From Azolla caroliniana (taxonomy: Eukaryota; Plantae; Polypodiophyta): DNA of 64,000 nt. The position numbers and the translations under genes are program-made. Each line of letters begins with the position of its first letter. Within the stretch, counting starts at the first letter, position 1. Below the pieces are notes generated by a model. It saw only the letters and a list, made by a program, of their open reading frames with translations, did not search any database and was not told the origin of the DNA. The stretch spans positions 20,088,001-20,152,000 of the forward strand of contig JBHGNT010000007.1 in NCBI GenBank assembly GCA_043228905.1, given 5' to 3'. Shown piece after piece: positions 29,010 to 42,500 of this stretch.

Positions 29010-30423
29010 TTAGACGGTTTAGTGTTGGGTTCTAGACAATGGTTATCATGGGGAAAAATGATAGAAGATCCTGCAAAAACAGTTCAGACATGGCAACGTT
29101 TTTTATCATGTTCATGGGAAGAGCAAAAAGAAATCCTAGGTAGTATGCATGGTGGCCAAATAATGTATCAACAAATTCAAGAAGCTATGAGTAGATTCCC
29201 CATTCCACGTAATAACTCTAACCATAGATGGGTTGGGGTTTATTCAAGATTGGAAGTACTCTTGGTTGTTAAGGGATATTCAGATGATAAGACCTACCGA
29301 TCTTTTGAGGTGGATGAAGCAAACCAATTGACACAGTCGGGGGAAATGAGGATAGATTACCCTTATGGTATGGAACACAAGATAAGAGTCATCGGATATG
29401 CTGACCGTAAATGGTATATTGACCCAATGATTGAGGAAATAAAGACACATTGGAAGTTGTGGGTGTTGGCTAAAAAACCGGTATTTAGATTAGAATGGGA
29501 TCCAATTGATTATTAGTGGACATATCCTTTTACGGGTAACAAGTTTAATTTCTTCCAATATTCTGTACAGTTAGGAAGACTTGTGCTTTTAGATACACGA
29601 GATGTGTTATCGGCTGCATTTCAATATTGGAATCAACAAGGTATTACTCCCCAATTCCTTGCAAACTTCTGGGTTGTATTATGGGCAAGAAAACAACCAC
29701 ATCAAATTTTGCATGTACAGTGGTTACTTGTACACCGAGCCTTGCCGGTTGGCACATCGTTGGATAGGATGGGAGTAGATTTTACTTGTGCATGATGCCA
29801 TTTACAAATGGAAACTCAAAAACATTGCTTATGGAAATGCACTGAGTCTCAACTGATATGGCAACGTCTCCTTAGAATTTTTGCTAACTATTTCCCCCCA
29901 TTGGTTTTAACTTGGGGCATGGTGGTTTGGACATCTCTTGTCCGTGATGCATTTCATTATGACACCGAATCTATGGACCATGGATTTTACACTAAATCTG
30001 GAAGTGTTCATACATTACCATTGTTGTCATTACAGTTTACAGGAACACGAAAGGAAGTCCAACCAGTATGGGAGATACTGAGTAGTACCACTATATATCA
30101 CATTTGGAAGGTTAGGTGCTCTCTCATTTTCCATCAGCTTAAAACACCACCGGCTGAATTGGTTTCAAATATTTGGTTAGACATAGTTCATACTTTGAAG
30201 GGACAATGGGATAGTATTGTTGGAGATTCTGATTCTAAAATTGCTCAACGACAGGACTTTATCACTATATGGAAAGCTACTCCATTCATGACAACCAATT
30301 GTGATACTCCTTATTGGCATTTTCAACCTCCGAAAATGTTGTATCCCCCACCAATCACATAGAATTTAAAATCTTGTAAAAATGGTTACACTAATGACAA
30401 TATATTTTCTTTAAAAAAAAAAC
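29010..30423 (+). mobile_element. 5'-truncated L1-clade LINE (LINE-C): ORF2 C-terminus with zf-RVT region, internal stops
   Basis: 17-bp TSD TCTAAGATTAGAGGAGA at 28993-29009 and 30424-30440; A10 tail at 30413-30422; WLLVHRALPVG...ETQKHCLWKC...IWKVRC; protein collinear with the end of the 1445-aa ORF2 at 39503-43840. Confidence 0.92.
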
Positions 30424-31334
30424 TCTAAGATTAGAGGAGACACAGACTTGTTTGGCATAATAACGTTGTTAGACCCAAAACAACCATTACATGCATGTAG
30501 ACGTTGAGATGGAAACCAATGTTGAGACACTCTTCCAAAACAAATGCAAAGGGTGCAATATATTTCTTATTGTTCTAGAGGATATCTTAAAACCATCAAT
30601 CACCCCAAAACCACAAGAATGATCTACCTTGGTTATAGGATTTCATTGATTAGAAGCAAATACAATATCCATGTAACAAGCATTCACTCAACTATCAAGT
30701 TGGGCCAAACATTTGGAGGCCTAAGTTCTAAATTCAACTAACTTAAAATAGACTTTGACCTTTGATTGGGCATCCTTGGATCATGTAACCTCCTGGCCGT
30801 CCACAATACAAACATAACTCAGCCTCCTTTTGATGATGCTTTTTGTAGAAGACAAGAGAACTATGATAACTAAAACATGTTCTATTCATGTATTACATCG
30901 TGTAATGATTTATTTTCCATGTGAATTATTATTATATCTCTAATTTTACCCAATTGCTCATAAAGAATTGAGGGCATTGCAGATGTCATCAACATATAAC
31001 TATCATAAAGCGAAAGGTGAGAATTCTAACTATTATTTATGCATTACAATCCATGAAAAACACTATACAAATGTTTAAGAACCTTACACGAGGAAGGATC
31101 CTACATACAGTTTAGTACCCTGCATTTTTAAAGTTGAAAGGTGTTTTGCATATTAACAATGGTCAATAATTCAAACAATCAATTGTTTATGGGGGAGTAT
31201 TGGATCACACTAATAAGGAACCAAGGGATCTCACAAGAATAATACAATAATTAGACTATGGTAGAAGTTAACGTAAATATATCAATTTGCCATTTATTTT
31301 GCTTTTAGGCCATAACATACTTTCAATACATAGA

Positions 31335-31428
31335 CATACATACATACATACATACATACATACATACATACATACATACATACATACATACATACATACA
31401 TACATACATACATACATACATACATACA
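31335..31428. repeat. (CATA)n microsatellite
   Basis: About 23 perfect CATA units. Confidence 0.97.
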
Positions 31429-32909
31429 TGTTGACCGTTTAATGCAATATATATGTTGATCATCCATTGGGTATGAATATGGTTGGATGAGCAAATAAAG
31501 GGGCCTTTCAATTGAAAAATGCCTATTTAAGTTGAAAGTGGTCATTGGCCAATGGATCAACATATCTCGCTTTTATGGTTAAATGGCAGGATGATAAACT
31601 CTTTAAAATATATTAATATCCACCATTATAATGCTTTAAGTGTGTTTTTGTTGGTTTTTCCAAGCACTCTACCTTATACAACAGAGCTTATAATTTTATT
31701 GTATAACGTTCTCCGCTCCCCTTTTATTCCTTTCTATGCCCATGTATTTTTTCTCTTTCTTTGACAATCATTTTATAGCGATTGCAAGTGTATGTGGTGT
31801 ACATGTGGGGTCAATAAACAGTGAGCGTTGTGTTTTAACATAACAAAGTTATGGTGTACATGTAGTGTTTTTACAAGCCTCAACACAGAAACAAGATCTA
31901 ATGTTGGGACTCTATATCTTGTAAAGGTAAGAGTAGTTTATAGGGTACGTGAGTGATAGGGCATGGAGTGCTTAAAGAAGATCTAAGATACAAGTGGTCC
32001 AACTTGACCGTGCAGTCGTGAAAATGACCCTTGTGATCCTCTCGATCCCACTCGATCCCTTCGAATGTTCAACTATAAACTTTTCATGCAAGAATCATAC
32101 AATTGGTTAGAAAACATCTACTTGTGGTACGACCTCTAGTGCACTATTTGCTCAAGGGGTTGGGAACACAATGAATTGATTGTCCCAAAGGCCCACATGC
32201 GCCATTTGCAATTTGAGCCACCATACAACAAGAAAATGGAAATGCAAGCTCCCTTGCACCACGACGTGGTCCATCATGTCAACTCTAAGCTTGCATTGCT
32301 TCACATTATCATGGAAATTCACACATGCATATGAACATTGAGTAGAACCATTGAGAACATGAAGTAGGGTAGATATCTTTCACAATGGCTTTGTTGATGA
32401 ATAGTAATGGGTACCTTTTTAGTCTTCATCAAGCTACAACATAGATTAGTTTGGTGATAATGCATGGACGAATATGTCTATGGGCTTATATGATCACACT
32501 TGTGTCAATGTATTGTTTAGTATCCGACACTCAACACATCGGTTGCGGATATTGTGGTGTCAACAAGGACACCGAGCTCAACCAACCTTAGGAAAAAGGG
32601 GGATAGAACAAACCAAAGAGGAAACAATATAGGCCAATGGGCAACCTAGACTTGTTAAAAAAAGCTATAAAAGCCACATTTTGGTGACTTTTGAGGCTCT
32701 TCTTCATTCTTGAGAGTTCTCTTCCTATTAGCACATTAAGCCCTTCTCTATCTCCCTAACCCTTACTAGAGGTAACGAAGATTAGGTTTAAGGATTAATT
32801 GAGCCAAACCCTAATCTTCTTCTCTGGTATGGTGCTAAACCTCTTTGTATCAAGAGTGGTAATTAAAACAATACTTTCTTTGTGTTTACCTTGTCTATCC
32901 TTGTAAGAA

Positions 32910-32912
<3 letters not shown>

Positions 32913-32978
<66 letters not shown>
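32913..32978. repeat. (AG)n microsatellite abutting the 5' end of LINE-A
   Basis: About 33 perfect AG units. Confidence 0.97.
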
Positions 32979-32981
<3 letters not shown>

Positions 32982-33240
32982 TAGGAGTAGGAGAAATGAG
33001 AAAATCAAAGAAACAAAGTAGGATAAAATCAGAAAATCACAAGGAAGAGAAGGACGAGGAGAAGAAGAAGAAGGATGAGGAGACGCGAGAGGAACAATTA
33101 TTCGCGGCTACATCAACATAATTGGACAAGTGCTACAACAACATTCTTCTTCGACGGCAAGCTCGAATGTCATCATGTCTATTTCAGGTTAATCATCCTC
33201 CTATTAATTTCCTTTTCCTTATAATTGGGGCGTAGTATAT

Positions 33241-34713
33241 ATGGAAGCAATGGATGAAGGAATAATTGAGAGACAAATACAAATTAAGAGAGGAGAAGGA
33301 GAAGATGAGGTTATTTTGAAAAAACAAAAGATTGGCATTAATAATATGCATGTGGGGGATATAGATATGATGCCAAGACCATCATATGCACATGTGATGG
33401 GAGAAGGTGAGGAGGAGAGGAATGCGCAATATTGGGATATAATGCATGTAGTTGCTAATGAAGCACTCCATGAGATTTTACCAGATAATACAAATATGGT
33501 GGCCAATGTAGAAGAGGATGAGATTGTTGAGGTGGAGATGTCATGTAGAGAAATCTTAAAGGCATTTTCCATGTTTCATGAGAGAGGCATTATTTGTTTC
33601 TTTACAGGGAAAAATCCTTTAGTAAATTGGGTGGCGCAATGGCTAAATGCAATGATCGGTAGGAATAGTGTGGAAGATGTGTATAAAGGTCCACGCGGGT
33701 TTTTTGAGGTCATTTTTCGAACTGAAGAACAACGGGATAGATTGTTATCACGTTTGTCGGTCTTTTACAATAATAATTTAGTCTATATTGTCCCTTGGAA
33801 ACCATTAGCCGAGTTTCAGGAAATTTTGAGACAAGAGTGTCCAATATAGGTGGAGGTAGAGTGTAAATTTTCATTTTTGTGGCCTATAATTCAAGGTGTC
33901 ATGGAACAATTGGGAAAGGTGATAGTAGCCCCAAATGCCAAAGCATATAATAGATATAGGTTATGTATGCTATGGAATACAACAAAAAAGAGACATTTGT
34001 GGCTAAACATAAAGACTGAGGAGATGAGGTCATTCCGTTGCCAATTGCATTGGGGATCATTTGCTGGTCATTGCTTTTGATGTGGTCATTTAGGCCATTT
34101 CATGGCGGAATGTCATCAAACATCGGAAATGGAGGTGACTAATTCCCATGGTAACGAGTTAATGTCAGACTCTATACTAAATGATAATGATGCGTTGAAA
34201 ACTAAGGAGGCAAATGTGGAAAAAGGTAAGAGTGTTGTTATTTTGGAACATAATGACAAAGATATTCAAGAAAGAAGAAAATATTTAATGGATGAGGGTG
34301 GATCTTGGATTAAGGTGACCTCTAAGGTAAATCATCCAAGGTACCGAAAAGACAAAGTTTATGCACATAATGGACAAGAGAGGGGTAGTTCCTCTAGGGA
34401 TCCTATGGGGTTATCACATGCACATAATTATGATCAATTGAAAGGAAGGTCAAAACCGTGGCAAGGGTCACAATATAAACAACCCAATCAAGGGACAAAA
34501 CCTTTCAACCTTAGGTTTGATAAGAACGGTAAAATCAATTTACCATTAGAAAAACAAAATTGGAAAAGAGATAATTCATGGGGTACAATGGGATCCACCA
34601 ATAATCATCGACCATCTGTGCAAAATGCATTTGCAGTCTTAAGTGATTATTTCGGTGATATACCAAAGATATTGGCACAACGGGAACAACAAGCCAAGAA
34701 GCAATATAATTAG
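33241..34713 (+). pseudogene. LINE-A ORF1 (DUF4283-like region + CCHC knuckle), two in-frame stops
   Basis: GPRGFFEVIF...YIVPW; knuckle C-F-*-C-G-H-L-G-H-F-M-A-E-C at ~34072-34113; stops at 33847 and 34078 in one frame. Confidence 0.85.
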
Positions 34714-34719
34714 TGAGTG

Positions 34720-36322
34720 ATGAAGATAGTCACATGGAATGTAAGGGGAATTTGTTCTCCGTCCAAGCAATATGGTATGTGGAAAAGTATTTTTAATAGT
34801 GAATGGGATATATTATGTGTAGTAGAACATAAGGAGCATGCTAAGTATGGGTCTTCTTTTCATCATAAGCACTATCATGTGCTTTATGCTAGAGTCAATG
34901 GGGGCCCTTATTCAGGTGTAATGCTTATTATAAGGGATAGCTTAAAACCGGTAGTGGCTCAAAGAGATGTACATGGTCGGGTTTTGGTGGTTGAAGTTAA
35001 TTATGAAGGGAAACAGATTTGGGTGGTTGGTATTTATGGATCAAATGTTGCAAGACATTGTATGGAACTTTGGAGATGCTTAAATCAAGTTTTGATTCAT
35101 GGGAGATCCAGTTTTTTGTTAGGGGATTTTAATATGTGTTCTGAGGTGGGCCAATCTACTTCGATGCATGGCTTGATGGATGCTCCTGAACGAGAGGTAT
35201 GGGATTTGTTTATGATGGATGTTGTAAGGTATGATGCATGGACTTGGATCAATGGAACTGATGTTGGTTATACCTTTCAGTTGACACAATATAGATAAAC
35301 TTGGAGTAGACTGGATCACATTTATATTATGCATGATGATACATTCTTGCCAGAGTTTTTGACTATGCAAGTGCATAGGGGGATTGGATCATCAGATCAT
35401 TTTCCAGTTGTTTTGGAATGCACACATCAAACTGTGGATGGTTTTAGAGCTTTATTAGGGAGACAACCATTGAGATTTAATTCATCTTTTCTTGGACATG
35501 ATAAATTTAAGAATGCTATGGGACAATTGGTGGTGGTGGGGGGGGGGGTTACAAGACAAGTCAATGTCCACGGTGTTTCGTCATGGGATATTTGTCTTTC
35601 CAATATTCAATGGTTTACACGTTATTATGGAATTTATCAAGCATCTATCCATAAACAAAAGATGAGTTTATTACAACACTTTCTATATAGATGTAATGCA
35701 TTGTTGGTAAAGATTCCATCGGATGATGTGTTGTTGGATATTCAAGAGACATTGTCACAGGCCTTGCAAGTATTAGAGGTTCGCAGTTATCAACAATCAT
35801 GAGTGATGGCTATGAAAAATGAAGTACATGATCACAACTGTAATTCACATAAGTTTTACCATGGGTTGCAGGCATCTCATGCTAGAACGAATGTGGTAAA
35901 TGTAGAGATTGATGGAACTTTGAATACAAACCCACAAGTGATTATTGATAATTGTGTTAAACATTTCACGAATCTTTTTGGGCAAGATTGTATTATGAAT
36001 GATGGCATAACACAAACGCAATCGATGCTATTTAACTCAGTCAAGGTGAGTGGTGGGCAACATGACATGATTGCATTGGAGGAGGATATAAAGGAGGAGG
36101 AGGTGGAATATGTATTATCATATCTTGCAAGTGATAAAAGCCCGGGTTGGGATGACATTACGAATGAGTTTTTTAAAGCCTTTTTACATGAACTCAAAGC
36201 ACCTCTAACAATGATATTCCAAGAAATATGGAGTTTTGGTAAAATGCCCGATTCATGGAAACTTGGTCTGGTTAAACTTATACCAAAAGTTGCATCTCCT
36301 ATATCTTTTGCTCAATGGAGAC
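34720..36322 (+). pseudogene. LINE-A ORF2 5' part: APE endonuclease and start of RT
   Basis: MKIVTWNVRG, LGDFN, SRLDHIY, SDHFPV, KSPGWDDITNEFF, WKLGLVKLIPK; in-frame stops at 35296 and 35800. Confidence 0.92.
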
Positions 36323-36986
36323 TGTAAAGAATCGGGTATGATTCTTGTGTAGCGGAATATGTGTGAACTGTGTGTGTATATGAGAGAGAGAGAGAGAGAG
36401 AGTGAGAGAGAGAGAGACAATGAATAATACACAGAGAATACGCAAGGTAAAAGTATATTAACAAAGGAGAAAGACTCAACACTTTACAAGGTGGGAGGAG
36501 GGTGCTTTATATAGTCACCCTCTCTCTTCATTAACTACAAGACTCATGGAGCATGGGGAATGTGAAAGCTCATAAGTTATGTGTCATAGAATATGATTCT
36601 ATGACTCATACTAAATGCTAGAATACAAAGAGGTGACATAATGGTGACTCTTGACCATTGGAGTGTTTATTCACTCTCAAGGTGAGTTCACACACTAGAC
36701 CAAGTTGAGCTTGATTCACAACACGCCCCCTCAAGCTCAAGTCGGGTCGGTTTCAGACGGTATCCGAAATCCGCTTCGACTCGCATTTCGAAGTCCGCGT
36801 TGACTCGTGTTCCGGAGTCCGCGTTGACTCGCGTCGACTCACATTTATGCGGAGTTGCGGAATCTGTGCTCCAGCTTGCATTGTGCGTAGTTGTGGAGTC
36901 TGTGCTTCGGCTTGCGTCTATATTCGCGGCTTTGCGCAGTAGATCGGCTCTTCGCGGCTTCGTTACGTGGTTGCGTAGTCCACACG

Positions 36987-39327
36987 TTATTGCATAGCGT
37001 CTTCAGTACTCCCCCTCAAGCTTGGCAGGTCAGGGATCGTCAATCCGAGATCAATCATGAATTGCCATAGCTTGTCGGCTCCTAAGGCTTTAGTGAAGAT
37101 GTCGGCCGTTTGAAGATTTGTGCTAATGTGTTGTAGGTTGACATCGCTAGCTAGAACACGCTCTCGGATGAAGTGATAGTGCACTTCAATGTGCTTTGTC
37201 CGCGCGTGGAACACCGGGTTCTGAGCCAGATAGATACTGCTCATGTTGTCACAGTAAAGGGAAGTCGAACCCTTGATGGGTACGCCCATATCCTTCAAAA
37301 TCCTCTTGAGCCATACAGCTTCACACGCAGCTACGACTGCGCCCCTGTATTCCGCCTCCGTACTCGAAAGAGTGATGGTAGGCTGCTTCTTGCTACTCCA
37401 GGATGTTGCTCCGCTGCCAAGGGAGAAAACAAATCTGGAGGTTGATCTTCTATCGGCTTTGTAGCCGGCCCAATCGGCGTTTGTGTACCCCTCGAGTCGT
37501 ATTGGCATCGCGGTCTTGTAGAGTATGCCGTAATCCATTGTGCCGCTCATGTACCGTAGAACTCTCTTAGCACAATCCAAGTGAGTATCACACGGTGTTT
37601 GCATGAATTGACTAAGGAGACCGATTGGATAACTGAGATCGGGTCGAGTGATCGTGAGGTAGATGAGACTCTCGATGAGTTGCCGATACTGAGTCGGCTC
37701 ACACACTTTGGTGCCGGAGTTCGCATCTAGTTTGAGATTACGATCAAGCGGGGTTGCCACGGATTTGCACTTAGCCATACCGAACTTGTATAACAAGTTG
37801 AGGATGTAGTGCCGTTGAGAAATCATGATTCCGGCCGGAGTCCGAATTACCTCGATGCCGAGGAAGTAGTGGAATTCCTTCATGTCCGTCATCTCGAACT
37901 TGTCGGAAAGGAGGGATTTGACCTTATTGATTTCGACGAGATGCTCACCTCCAATGACTAGGTCATCCACATATAAGATGATGAAGTTCGGACTTGCGGA
38001 ATCGCTTCGTATGTAGAGGGAGTTGTCCGATTTTGACATACGGAAGCCGACTTGATGAAGATATTGCATTATCTTCGAATGCCAAGCACGCGGTGCTTGC
38101 TTGAGGCCGTAGAGTGGCTTCTTGAGTCGGCATACAACGTTTGGATGGGTGCTCGAGGTGAAACTGGGTGGTTGTATCATGTACACCTCCTCTTCTAATT
38201 CACCTTGTAGAAAGGCGTTCTTGACATCCATTTGATGGAGGTGCCACCCTTTCGCTGCGGCAAGCGCAATTACGGTCCGTACCGTCGTCATCTTTGCCAC
38301 TGGGGCAAAGGTCTCCTCGTAGTCAACTCCGTGTGTTTGGGCGTAGCCTTTCGCTACGAGTCGCGCTTTGTAGCGGTTGACGGAACCGTCGGCATTGTAC
38401 TTCACTTTGTAAATCCATCTACATCCGATTGCCTTTTTGTGTGGTGAGGTGGGAACGAGATCCCACGTCTCGTTCTTGCGTAGTGCCTGCATCTCCTCAT
38501 TCATGGATTCGATCCATCGCGGATCCTTGGCTACTTCGGAGAATGTTTCCGGCTCGCGTACTGTCGCCACCTTCATCATAAAGGCATAGTGATATGCCAT
38601 GTAGTCATTGTAGCCGAATCGGCTGACTGGATTCTTTTCACGGGTGGAGCGACAGAGCTTTTCATTTGCAGAGATGAGGGCTTTCTTAGCTCTGATTGGA
38701 ACATCGAAGCCACCGAACTCACTATCGAGTGACTGAATCGACTCATCGTCGTCGAAGCAATCGTCTTTGTATTCCGACATTTTCTCCTTGCCTTTGTCCA
38801 TCTTCGGGCTAGGCCGTGATGTGCTTTGATCGCTCAAAGGCTCTTGTGGTCCACTCAGTTGAGTCGTGATCGGACTTTCTTCGAACATGCGCGTAAGGCG
38901 ATCTTCATCCTCCATCTCTTGTTCGGCGGATTCCGGGTCGAGCGGAGTCGGAGTCGGAGTTGTCTTTGGTGCGTACCAGGATGCGGACTCGTCAAAAACA
39001 ACGTCTTGACTTACTTGAGATTTTTGAGTTGAAGGGTTGTAGCACTTGTATCCCTTTTGCTCCAGTGAGTATCCTACGAGGATACATTTCTCTGACTTCG
39101 GATCAAGCTTTTGACGCTTCTCGTCAGGGATGTGCATGTACGTTATCGCGCCGAATATCCGGGTGTGTGATTAGTCCGGCTTCTTTCCGAAGTATTTTTT
39201 GTGCAGAGTGACCTCGTGCACGCCGGATGTTGTGCATCGGTTCATTAGGTAGACGGCCGTATTTGCAACTTCGGCCCAATATGACTTGGGCATATGCTTC
39301 TCGTTCATCATGGCCCGCGCTACTTCG
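36987..39327 (-). pseudogene. Copia-1 pol 3' part: integrase C-terminus, RT, RNase H
   Basis: KLDPKSEKCILVGY, YKARLVAKGY, QMDVKNAFL, LYGLKQAPRAW, LYVDDL, SSTEAEY, RTKHIEVHYHF. Confidence 0.95.
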
Positions 39328-39502
39328 AGGATGTGCCGATTTTTTTTTTTTGTTAAAAAGATACACCTTAGTAAATTACTTGAGAAATGTACATATAGAA
39401 AACAGAGGGAGACATTTCATCTCACCTCTATTGTAATACAAAACCTAATACCAACATCTGATGATACAGATGATATCACAATAGGAACAAATGGAACACC
39501 AT

Positions 39503-42500
39503 CTACAAGCTATGCAATAAAAAAGGAGGAATGGAATAATTCCACTTCATACCAGGAGACGTATCTGAAAATAAGTGAAGCCCTCGCCACCGTTTCTTAA
39601 AGTCCACTTGACGTTGCCTTTGAGCATCAGTTGTACCCTGCAAATCATCATATTGTCCACGTATGGTGTGGACAAATAACCACCAGAATTCAATAAGCAT
39701 ATTATTGAGATGTATGTGAGCATTATTAAAAACAACATCGCATCTCGTTTTCCATATTGTCCACAGCGCTAGTGACGTAACAGTACGCCAAATAACCAGA
39801 TTTTCAGTTCTAAACCGAGGAATAACAGATGTAAATGAAGTGAGATAGATGTACCCATTGGAAAAGTAAAAAACATGAGAAGCATGCATACGTTCGTAAT
39901 TCATAACATCTCCATGAAGGACACCCCATAATACTGCACCCCACGAGAAAGTAGAACGAGCATAGTGGTTTCTTAGTAATAAAAACAACTTACTCCAGAA
40001 TTGCTTGATTTTGGGACACATCCAAAACAAATGCAAAATAGATTCCGTAGATTCACCACAATGCATTCCACAAGCATATTGCTGATTTTGCCTCAACCAA
40101 TCACCAACAGGAAGAGCATAATGTATCAACAACCAACGAAAACAAATAACTTTTTTCGGCAACTGCATACTCCACAACCATTTCCAAAATTTTGTAAGTT
40201 GTAGTTCATTCACATTATTTGCAATCCAATGCTTCATAGCAGCCGGGCATTTATACTTTGATTGCAATAATAAATTTCTACCTAACTTAACTGAATACTG
40301 AAAGAACTCTAAGTGTTTACCATTTCCATTAGCATTCGGTTTTTTCCATTGATAATCAGCTGGATCCCAATCCAAATTATAGAGCGGCTTTTTTTGAAAA
40401 ACCCACAACGAACAACACCGTAAGCATTCTTGAAATGGTGGATCCAAGAGCCATTTTTTTCCCGATCTTGCAACTACTCGAATCGCTGAAACATTGGCGG
40501 ATATCCACACATCTGATTCAGAAAATACATGCCACAACCTACCATCATCATCCACATTAAAGTATATTACATCACCCATAGTGTTAGTTACTTTAGCTCC
40601 TAAAATCACTTTTAGAGGAGAGAAATAACCAAACCAAATCTGATTGCTAGATGGGGACCATGAAGCCATAAATTGTCCCAATGCCACTTGCATATTATCG
40701 CACATAATAGCACTTCCTCGAACTGAAGGCCTCGACAAAGGTTGTAACTGTTGATTCATAACATAGCATCCCCATGCTTGAACATTACCTGCTATTGATG
40801 CATCCATAGAAGCCCAATTCAACCGAGGACGGCTACCAAGCAGAAAACCCCTTGAATCTGAAAAGAGAAAGTTCCAGATCAAGGGTTGTCTCAACAAGTC
40901 ATCCGTTGTCGAAGGTACCTTCCGAATTAGAAACTTTTTGACAGCTGACCAACTTGTGAGAATTCCATTAAAAAACCTATCTTCTAATAAGGTTGTTTTA
41001 AATAAATGAAAATTCTGAATAAAACCCCATCTTAAAGATGGTTGCCACTTTCCTCCTATTGATGGGCACATAGTAGACAACCTATGCATCATCAAACGAC
41101 TCCAAACACCTTGCATTGGCAGCATAGCTCTGCACACAAATTTAGAAAGCAAAGCCTTACACTGTGCATCTGGATCTACCAGCCCCATCCCACCATTTTG
41201 TCGTGGAGCAATCAATACTGCCCAAGCTACTTTAGGCCTTTTACCTTGACCTGTTATCCCTCCCCAAATGTAGTTACGAATGAGGCGTTGCACCTGTAAA
41301 ATACATGATCTAGCAAACAATGTAGTTGAAGCAACATACCAAATAGTCGCTAACAACACTTGGTTAGCTACAAGTATACGACCTGCAAGTGACAGGTTAA
41401 CCGAATCCCAAAGCAACAATTTTCTTCTTAATTTTACAAGTAGAGGAGCAACTAACATATCTGCAGTAACATGAAGTCCCACTTGACAGCCTAAGTAACG
41501 AGTAGTGGTTCCATTAGGAACCCACTTGAATTCCTGCGAAGGCATCCAATTAGGCAAGGAATTTTGTGACACCCAAAAGCCAAGAGATTTATGCCAATTT
41601 ATCTTTGCTCTAGAGGCCAAACAAAATTCCTCCACTACTTCTTGCAATTTACTTAAATTTTCATCATTACCTTGAACATAAATTGCAGTATCATCTGCAA
41701 ATTCTGCATCCAACATTTGTTGTTGCGTGGCAGGCAAAGGCAAACCCTTCAAAGCAACTTGAGAGGAGTTTAAATACATTGAGAATGTTTCCATAACTAG
41801 CAAAAACAGGAATGGGGCCAATGGACAACCTTGACGAACCGAACGCGAGATAGAAAATTTTCTAGTTTGCCCACCGGCGACCAACACTGAACTAAAGGCC
41901 TCACGATACAAGGAAGCTACAGCCCTAATCCACTGCGCAGGAAAACCTAATCTCAATAATGAACCTTCCATGAAGTCCCAATCAACTCTATCATATGCCT
42001 TCTCAAAATCTAATAAAAGTACCGCTAGATCTTCTTTAGTTTTCATTGCCATCCCTGTTAATTCCCAAAACAAAAAAATATTGTCAAAAATACTACGTTC
42101 TTGCATAAATCCCGTCTGTGAGTCATGCACAATCTCTGAAAGAAAGGGTTGTAATCTCAAAGCCAATAACTTAGCATAGATTTTGTAAATTGTATTCAAT
42201 AAAGTAATGGGCCGCCAACCCTTCACCTCATCCGTAACAACCTCACCTTTCGGAATGAGGCATATTAATCCCTCTTTCCACTTTTGTGGCATAATACCTG
42301 TATTGAACATTTCTTGAAATGCTGCCAATAGATCTTCGGCAATCAAGTCCCAATATGTAATGAAAAAATCTCTTCCCATTCCATCTACTCCCGGGGACAC
42401 ATCTGGCCCAACACCTTTAATAGCTTGTAATATTTCAAAGGATGAAAATGGACGAAGAAGCTGAAGAGATATCCGAGATGTTACCTTAACCACAGTAACA

